Source: a virus | Reading direction: 5' to 3' (one strand) | DNA: 11,257 nucleotides | Virus genome (UHGV): UHGV-0341487 | Shown here: positions 6,024-11,257 of the stretch, piece by piece | Layout: each line of letters opens with the position of its first letter | How positions within the stretch are numbered: position 1 is the first letter of the stretch | The notes under the pieces: model-generated | What the model was told of the DNA's origin: nothing | What the model saw: the letters and a program-made list of their open reading frames with translations, nothing else | The model's database searches: none | Position numbers and translations under genes: made by a program

Positions 6024-6363
6024 TAGCTAACCAACGAAGCTAAGGTTGGTAATTAAGGAGTTCTCCACGGGTGAGGTGGAGTGCGTGCGCCGGACACGGG
6101 TGAGCATCCGGCACTGACAGTTTACTGAAAGGATATTTCCATGAAAAGTCAGACCATAACGCGAAAGCGCACGGCGAGGTAGCTGGTTCATAGATAGCCT
6201 GTCGTTAAATTTTCGTCGACCGTGCGCTTCCGGTTGTGGCACTACACGAAATGGCGCGGCGGTAAGTATGGCGGGGTTATTCCTTCCCCGTTGAGGACAC
6301 CGGGTTGTCAGGTTGACCATACGCTTAAGTGACAACCCCGCTGCAACGCCCTCTGTTATCAAT

Positions 6364-6421
6364 TTTCTGGTGACGTTTGGCGGTATCAGTTTTACTCCGT
6401 GACTGCTCTGCCGCCCTTTTT
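6364..6421 (+). ncRNA. dicF: DicF small regulatory RNA (ftsZ-targeting antisense sRNA) with its own intrinsic terminator
   Basis: Sequence tttctggtgacgtttggcggtatcagttttactccgtgactgctctgccgcccttttt matches my recollection of E. coli DicF; ends in GC stem plus T run; located between ydfC and dicB exactly as in the Qin dicB operon. Confidence 0.8.
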
Positions 6422-6590
6422 AAAGTGAATTTTGTGATGCGGTGAATGCGGCTAAGCGCACGCGGAACAGTTAAAACCAAAAACAGTGTTATGGGTGGAT
6501 TCTCTGTATCCGGCGTTAATTGTTAACTGGTTAACGTCACCTGGAGGCACCAGGCACCGCATCACAAAACTCATTGTTGAGGGCGCGATA

Positions 6591-6779
6591 ATGAAAACGT
6601 TATTACCAAACGTTAATACGTCTGAAGGTTGTTTTGAAATTGGTGTCACTATCAGTAATCCTGTATTTACTGAAGATGCCATTAACAAAAGAAAACACGA
6701 ACGGGAGTTATTAAATAAAGTATGCATTGTTTCAATGCTGGCCCGTTTACGTTTGATGCCAAAAGGATGTGCACAATGA
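6591..6779 (+). CDS. dicB: DicB cell-division inhibitor (62 aa)
   Basis: C-terminal 62 aa of ORF-track ORF 6486..6779, MKTLLPNVNTSEGCFEIGVTISNPVFTEDAINKRKHERELLNKVCIVSMLARLRLMPKGCAQ, matches recalled DicB nearly residue for residue; GAGGG SD upstream of ATG 6591. Confidence 0.85.
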   Translation: MKTLLPNVNTSEGCFEIGVTISNPVFTEDAINKRKHERELLNKVCIVSMLARLRLMPKGCAQ

Positions 6780-6967
6780 ATCCAGTATTTGCACTTATTC
6801 TGACGGTTTTTCTTGTTTCCGGAGAGCCAGTTGATATTGCAGTCAGTGTTCACAGAACAATGCAGGAATGTATGGCAGCAGCAACCGAACAGAAAATTCC
6901 AGGCAACTGTTATCCGGTCGATAAAGTTATTCACCAGGATAATAACGAAATCCCGGCAGGTCTTTAA
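6776..6967 (+). CDS. ydfD: YdfD-like lysis/toxic protein (63 aa) with N-terminal hydrophobic segment
   Basis: Internal ATG of ORF-track ORF 6722..6967 overlaps the dicB stop (ATGA); MNPVFALILTVFLVSGEPVDIAVSVHRTMQECM matches recalled YdfD; same order as in Qin. Confidence 0.75.
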   Translation: MNPVFALILTVFLVSGEPVDIAVSVHRTMQECMAAATEQKIPGNCYPVDKVIHQDNNEIPAGL

Positions 6968-7060
6968 AACAGTTCCGTAATAAATATCCGGTTTCATTCT
7001 TATATGCCAGCAATGGCAGGGATTTGTTCATCCTTAAATCTGTCATGAGGTTAAAACAAA

Positions 7061-9532
7061 ATGAGTAAAGTCTTTATTTGCGCCGCTATTCCTGACGAAC
7101 TGGCAACAAGGGAAGAAGGCGCTGTGGCTGTAGCCACAGCCATTGAAGCTGGCGACGAACGCCGTGCTCGAGCAAAATTTCACTGGCAGTTCCTGGAACA
7201 TTATCCGGCTGCTCAGGACTGCGCTTATAAATTTATTGTCTGCGAGGATAAACCTGGCATACCCCGCCCTGCCCTCGATTCATGGGATGCTGAATATATG
7301 CAGGAAAACCGCTGGGATGAGGAGTCTGCTTCTTTTGTCCCGGTTGAGACTGAATCCGATCCGATGAACGTCACTTTTGACAAGCTGGCCCCTGAAGTAC
7401 AGAACGCTGTCATGGTTAAGTTCGACACATGTGAAAACATCACCGTTGATATGGTTATTAGCGCACAGGAATTGTTGCAGGAAGACATGGCAACATTCGA
7501 CGGACATATCGTTGAAGCGTTGATGAAAATGCCAGAAGTTAACGCCATGTATCCGGAGCTTAAGTTGCACGCCATTGGGTGGGTTAAGCATAAATGTATT
7601 CCTGGTGCTAAATGGCCCGAAATTCAGGCAGAGATGCGCATCTGGAAAAAACGTCGCGAAGGTGAACGCAAGGAAACCGGAAAATACACGTCTGTTGTTG
7701 ATCTCGCCCGCGCCAGAGCCAATCAACAGTACACTGAAAATTCAACAGGAAAAATCAGCCCGGTCATTGCTGCCATTCATCGCGAATACAAGCAGACATG
7801 GAAAACACTGGATGACGAACTGGCCTACGCTCTCTGGCCTGGTGATGTGGATGCCGGAAACATTGACGGCAGCATCCATCGCTGGGCAAAAAAAGAAGTT
7901 ATCGACAACGACCGCGAAGACTGGAAGCGTATCTCGGCATCAATGCGCAAACAGCCTGATGCCCTTCGCTACGACCGCCAAACTATTTTTGGCCTTGTCC
8001 GTGAGCGTCCGATCGACATTCACAAAGATCCCGTAGCACTGAACAAATATATCTGCGAATACCTGACGACAAAGGGCGTGTTTGAGAATGAAGAAACAGA
8101 CCTGGGCACTGTTGATGTTCTCCAGTCATCAGAAACACAAACTGATGCAGTGGAAACTGAGGTATCTGATATCCCAAAAAATGAAACCGCGCCGGAAGCT
8201 GAACCATCTGTAGAGCGTGAGGGGCCGTTCTATTTCCTCTTCGCAGATAAGGACGGAGAAAAATACGGTCGCGCAAACAAACTTTCTGGTCTGGATAAGG
8301 CACTGGCTGCTGGCGCCACTGAAATCACAAAAGAAGAATATTTTGCCCGAAAAAATGGCACATACACGGGCTTACCGCAAAATGTAGATACCGCTGAAGA
8401 TTCAGAACAACCAGAGCCGATAAAAGTTACCGCTGACGAAGTAAACAAAATTATGCAGGCAGCCAATATCAGCCAGCCTGACGCCGATAAGTTGCTTGCT
8501 GCATCACGTGGTGAATTTGTTGAAGGGATTAGTGACCCGAATGATCCGAAATGGGTTAAGGGGATCCAGACCCGCGATTCTGTGAACCAGAACCAGCATG
8601 AATCGGAACGGAACTACCAAAAAGCGGAACAAAACAGCACAAATGCGTTACAAAACGAGCCAGAAACGAAACAGCCTGAACCAGTGGCGCAACAGGAAGT
8701 GGAAAAAGTCTGCACCGCCTGCGGTCAGACCGGCGGCGGCAACTGCCCTGATTGTGGCGCGGTGATGGGCGACGCAACATACCAAGAAACATTCGATGAA
8801 GAGTATCAGGTTGAAGTTCAGGAAGATGATCCGGAGGAAATGGAAGGCGCTGAACATCCACACAAGGAGAACACTGGCGGCAATCAGCATCACAATAGCG
8901 ATAATGAAACTGGCGAGACGGCAGATCACCCAATTAAGGTGAACGGTCATCACGAAATCACATCCACCAGCAGGACGTGTGACCATCTAATGATCGACCT
9001 TGAAACCATGGGAAAAAATCCTGATGCCCCGATCATCTCAATAGGTGCAATATTTTTCGATCCGCAAACCGGAGATATGGGACCGGAATTTAGTAAGACT
9101 ATCGATCTGGAAACTGCTGGCGGAGTCATTGATCGGGACACCATTAAATGGTGGCTTAAGCAATCACGCGAAGCGCAATCTGCCATTATGACCGATGAAA
9201 TCCCGTTAGATGATGCACTGTTACAATTGCGGGAATTTATCGACGAAAACTCCGGTGAATTTTTTGTTCAGGTCTGGGGAAATGGAGCCAACTTCGACAA
9301 CACGATTTTGCGCCGTTCATACGAACGGCAGGGGATCCCCTGCCCGTGGCGTTACTACAACGATCGCGATGTACGCACAATCGTTGAGCTGGGGAAAGCC
9401 ATAGACTTCGATGCCAGAACGGCTATTCCATTCGAAGGTGAGCGCCATAATGCACTTGATGACGCTCGTTACCAGGCAAAATACGTTTCAGCTATCTGGC
9501 AAAAACTGATCCCGAGTCAGGCTGATTTTTAA
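7061..9532 (+). CDS. Large multidomain phage protein (823 aa): unrecognised N-terminal domain, acidic/Gln-rich linker with CxxC-x7-CxxC zinc ribbon, C-terminal DEDDh-type 3'-5' exonuclease domain
   Basis: Long ORF with GAGG SD. C-terminal about 180 aa (nt 8987-9529) carry MIDLETMG (Exo I, D-x-E), GNGANFDNT (Exo II) and HNALDDARYQAKY (Exo III, His plus Asp). Zinc ribbon CTACGQTGGGNCPDCG near nt 8709-8762. Occupies the slot between dicB/ydfD and xis/int. Confidence 0.85.
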   Translation: MSKVFICAAIPDELATREEGAVAVATAIEAGDERRARAKFHWQFLEHYPAAQDCAYKFIVCEDKPGIPRPALDSWDAEYMQENRWDEESASFVPVETESDPMNVTFDKLAPEVQNAVMVKFDTCENITVDMVISAQELLQEDMATFDGHIVEALMKMPEVNAMYPELKLHAIGWVKHKCIPGAKWPEIQAEMRIWKKRREGERKETGKYTSVVDLARARANQQYTENSTGKISPVIAAIHREYKQTWKTLDDELAYALWPGDVDAGNIDGSIHRWAKKEVIDNDREDWKRISASMRKQPDALRYDRQTIFGLVRERPIDIHKDPVALNKYICEYLTTKGVFENEETDLGTVDVLQSSETQTDAVETEVSDIPKNETAPEAEPSVEREGPFYFLFADKDGEKYGRANKLSGLDKALAAGATEITKEEYFARKNGTYTGLPQNVDTAEDSEQPEPIKVTADEVNKIMQAANISQPDADKLLAASRGEFVEGISDPNDPKWVKGIQTRDSVNQNQHESERNYQKAEQNSTNALQNEPETKQPEPVAQQEVEKVCTACGQTGGGNCPDCGAVMGDATYQETFDEEYQVEVQEDDPEEMEGAEHPHKENTGGNQHHNSDNETGETADHPIKVNGHHEITSTSRTCDHLMIDLETMGKNPDAPIISIGAIFFDPQTGDMGPEFSKTIDLETAGGVIDRDTIKWWLKQSREAQSAIMTDEIPLDDALLQLREFIDENSGEFFVQVWGNGANFDNTILRRSYERQGIPCPWRYYNDRDVRTIVELGKAIDFDARTAIPFEGERHNALDDARYQAKYVSAIWQKLIPSQADF

Positions 9533-9590
9533 TGTTCAACCCTAATTGCCGCTAACCGTATATAGTTAGCGGCGGTTATGAGATATAGCT

Positions 9591-9794
9591 ATGAGCAGCT
9601 TATTTTTAACCGAAGATGAATTGCTAATATTAACGGGCTGCAAATATGCAAGCCACCAGCGAAAATGGTTAATGGAAAACGGGCTTCCGTTCTATACCAA
9701 TCGTAGTGGCAAACCGATTGTCAGCCGGGATCTATTTACCTGCAATAAAACTTTACCACCACGCGAGGTAGAGCCGAATTTTGGTGCGATCTGA
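9591..9794 (+). CDS. xis: Excisionase-like protein (DUF4224-type small DNA-binding protein)
   Basis: 67-aa ORF immediately upstream of int; its stop overlaps the int start (ATGA at 9792-9796); LTEDELLILTGCKYASHQRKWL resembles the small proteins found upstream of lambdoid integrases (from memory). Confidence 0.7.
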   Translation: MSSLFLTEDELLILTGCKYASHQRKWLMENGLPFYTNRSGKPIVSRDLFTCNKTLPPREVEPNFGAI

Positions 9795-10819
9795 TGGGAA
9801 GACGAAGGAAAAATCCTGAACACGAAAAATTACCTCCAAATGTATACCCAAATAAATATAGTTATGTATGGAAACCAACATCCAGAGAATCTGTCACACT
9901 AACCGCCATCAAGGATGGTTTAGCTGCTTTATGGAAAAAGTATGAGGAAACTGTAAATAATCGCGATCGTGCAATGACATTCGGTCGCTTGTGGGAAAAA
10001 TTCCTCGCCAGCGCCTATTACAGTGACCTTAGTCCAAGAACACAAAAAGATTATCTGCAACATCAAAAAAAGTTGCTTGCCGTATTCGGTAAGGTACCAG
10101 CGGATTCCATAAAACCAGAACACATCCGTCGATACATGGACAAAAGAGGGGAGCAGAGTAAAACGCAAGCCAACCATGAAAAAAGCAGTATGTCCCGTGT
10201 TTACAGTTGGGGGTATGAGCGAGGGTACGTGAAGGCTAACCCATGTGCAGGTGTAAGTAAATTCAAGGCCAAAAACCGCGAACGATATGTAACCGACAAA
10301 GAATACCAGGCAGTATTAAGCGTTGCACCTCTTCCTGTTTTTATCGCAATGGAAATTGCCTATCTGTGTGCAGCGAGGGTTTCCGATGTGTTATCGCTGA
10401 AATGGGAACAGATTGGAAACGACGGGATATTCATCCAGCAAGGGAAAACCGGAAAAAAACAGATAAAAGCATGGAGTCCACGATTACAGGCAGCGATCGA
10501 AAAAGCAAAACAGTTGCCAAAATCTGCCTATGTGATCAGCAATCAATACGGCAACCGATATATGTACAAAGGCTTTAACGAAATGTGGGTAGATGCAAGA
10601 AATCGTGCTGGAAAAATTTCAGGTATTTTAACCGACTTCACCTTTCATGATCTGAAGGCGAAAGGAATTTCAGACTATGAAGGAAGCAGCCGGGATAAGC
10701 AACTTTTCTCTGGTCACAAAACCGAAGGGCAAGTGCTAATCTATGACAGGAAGGTTAAAGTTTCACCAACACTTGATGTCCCGTTACCTGAAAATATTCC
10801 AAGAAAATATTCCAAGTAA
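9794..10819 (+). CDS. int: Tyrosine site-specific integrase, lambda Int family
   Basis: N-terminal MGRRRKNPEHEKLPPNVY parallels lambda Int MGRRRSHERRDLPPNLY; catalytic-region residues are alignable (AARVSDV Arg, QQGKTG Lys, FHDLK, LFSGH, LIYDRK Tyr). Adjacent to a tRNA gene. Confidence 0.9.
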   Translation: MGRRRKNPEHEKLPPNVYPNKYSYVWKPTSRESVTLTAIKDGLAALWKKYEETVNNRDRAMTFGRLWEKFLASAYYSDLSPRTQKDYLQHQKKLLAVFGKVPADSIKPEHIRRYMDKRGEQSKTQANHEKSSMSRVYSWGYERGYVKANPCAGVSKFKAKNRERYVTDKEYQAVLSVAPLPVFIAMEIAYLCAARVSDVLSLKWEQIGNDGIFIQQGKTGKKQIKAWSPRLQAAIEKAKQLPKSAYVISNQYGNRYMYKGFNEMWVDARNRAGKISGILTDFTFHDLKAKGISDYEGSSRDKQLFSGHKTEGQVLIYDRKVKVSPTLDVPLPENIPRKYSK

Positions 10820-10828
10820 TTCCAAGTG
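10791..10828. repeat. Tandem direct repeats (AAAATATTCCAAG x2 plus partial ATTCCAAG) spanning the int stop codon; candidate recombination arm-type or accessory-protein sites
   Basis: 13-mer at 10791-10803 and 10804-10816, partial copy 10819-10826; lies between the int C-terminus and the tRNA junction. Confidence 0.5.
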
Positions 10829-10871
10829 TGATTTTTGTCACTGACTTAATGATGTGTAAGTGATTGAATTT

Positions 10872-10961
10872 TGGCGGAGAGAGGGGGATTTGAACCCCCG
10901 GTGGAGTTGCCCCCACTCCGGTTTTCGAGACCGGTCCGTTCAGCCGCTCCGGCATCTCTCC
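10872..10961 (-). tRNA. serU: tRNA-Ser (anticodon CGA), class II tRNA with long variable arm and encoded CCA
   Basis: Reverse complement reads GGAGAGATGCCGGAGCGGCTGAACGGACCGGTCTCGAAAACCGGAGTGGGGGCAACTCCACCGGGGGTTCAAATCCCCCTCTCTCCGCCA: 7-bp acceptor stem GGAGAGA/TCTCTCC, anticodon loop CUCGAAA, TpsiC arm GGGGGTTCAAATCCCCC. Confidence 0.93.
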
Positions 10962-11054
10962 GTTCAGATGGTTGCCATGATGCCAGGAAATTTGGCATTT
11001 TAACAGTCCCTGTCCGTGCAATTTTGTTCAAGTGACGAGTTTGCGAGCAAAGCG

Positions 11055-11257
11055 ATGATAAAGTGGCCCTGGAAAACGAATGAAGCTGGCCGGGATATGG
11101 CGCTGCCATGGGATGACGCGCTGACGATCCCTGTTCTGGCTAATCTTAAGCCGGATGAACAAGCGAAACTGGTTCAGCTGGCGGATCGTTTTTTACAGCA
11201 AAAACGCCTGGTTCCACTGCGGGGTTTCGAACTCGATCCCCTGAAAAACGCGCGCAT
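11055..11257 (+). CDS. mtfA: MtfA-like protein (Mlc titration factor A / DgsA anti-repressor), N-terminal part; continues beyond window end
   Basis: ATG at 11055 opens a frame reading [67 protein letters not shown], which matches the recalled MtfA N-terminus (MIKWPWK...[16 protein letters not shown]); no stop before the window end. Confidence 0.85.
   Translation, partial: MIKWPWKTNEAGRDMALPWDDALTIPVLANLKPDEQAKLVQLADRFLQQKRLVPLRGFELDPLKNAR

Larger units (their letters stand above)
1..10871. mobile_element. Lambdoid prophage, integrase-proximal arm (extends beyond window start); ends at junction with tRNA-Ser
   Basis: Gene content and order seen in sequence: nin-like genes, O-like initiator with iterons, cro-like and cI-like divergent pair, dicB-operon-like early-left genes, xis and int, then a tRNA gene. 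Boundary placed at the tRNA 3' end by inference; the exact att core cannot be determined because only one junction is in the window. Confidence 0.8.

Noticed and set aside
6141-6182. 13-codon mini-ORF (MKSQTITRKRTAR) with AAGGA upstream in the ydfC-DicF spacer
   Set aside because: Too short to support without conservation or expression data; possibly incidental within the structured RNA region.
6027-6362. 111-aa minus-strand ORF in the ydfC-DicF spacer
   Set aside because: Lies in a region dominated by RNA hairpins upstream of DicF, opposite to operon transcription, with no SD; considered spurious.
6452-6997. 181-aa minus-strand ORF antisense to dicB and ydfD
   Set aside because: The plus strand encodes recognisable, tightly coupled DicB and YdfD; the antisense frame is Cys-rich, has no convincing SD and is most likely a non-coding shadow ORF.
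7143-8986. Multiple plus- and minus-strand ORFs (74 to 153 aa) nested inside the 823-aa gene
   Set aside because: Alternative-frame or antisense ORFs within a long gene that has clear exonuclease motifs; no independent start signals.
7061-9532. Calling the 823-aa protein RecE (exodeoxyribonuclease VIII)
   Set aside because: The N-terminus does not resemble recalled RecE, and the C-terminal nuclease motifs are DEDDh-type rather than the PD-(D/E)XK fold of RecE; the call is left generic.
9653-9660. Chi-like octamer (CCACCAGC on plus strand, i.e. GCTGGTGG on the minus strand) inside xis
   Set aside because: A single occurrence is expected by chance in enterobacterial-like sequence; no clustering or orientation bias is assessable in 11 kb.

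Overview
This window is the integrase-proximal part of a lambdoid prophage (Qin/Rac-like gene content) inserted at the 3' end of a tRNA-Ser(CGA) gene next to host mtfA. All calls come from reading the sequence and the ORF track; no database search was run, so family names are recalled from memory. Left to right: (1) a minus-strand, translationally coupled early-right operon (1-4468) of small accessory genes, a replication initiator with iterons inside its own coding sequence, a YdaT-like protein and a Cro/DicC-like protein; (2) a divergent immunity region with a cI-type HTH plus S24-peptidase repressor (4565-5212) and palindromic operators sharing an AATCTAA/TTAGATT half-site on both sides of the repressor gene; (3) a plus-strand early-left operon that matches the dicB operon layout (ydfA-ydfB-ydfC, DicF sRNA, dicB, ydfD), followed by an 823-aa multidomain protein ending in a DEDDh 3'-5' exonuclease domain, then xis and int; (4) the attachment junction, tRNA-Ser on the minus strand (10872-10961) and the start of mtfA. 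Several ORF-track starts were moved to internal ATG/GTG codons with better Shine-Dalgarno spacing, and one 58-aa ORF missing from the track was added. I did not find a single obvious large novel system; the candidates most worth follow-up are the 823-aa exonuclease fusion, a Walker-A protein coupled to a DUF4406-like gene, two hyper-acidic mini-proteins, and an integrase with Lys in place of the second catalytic Arg.
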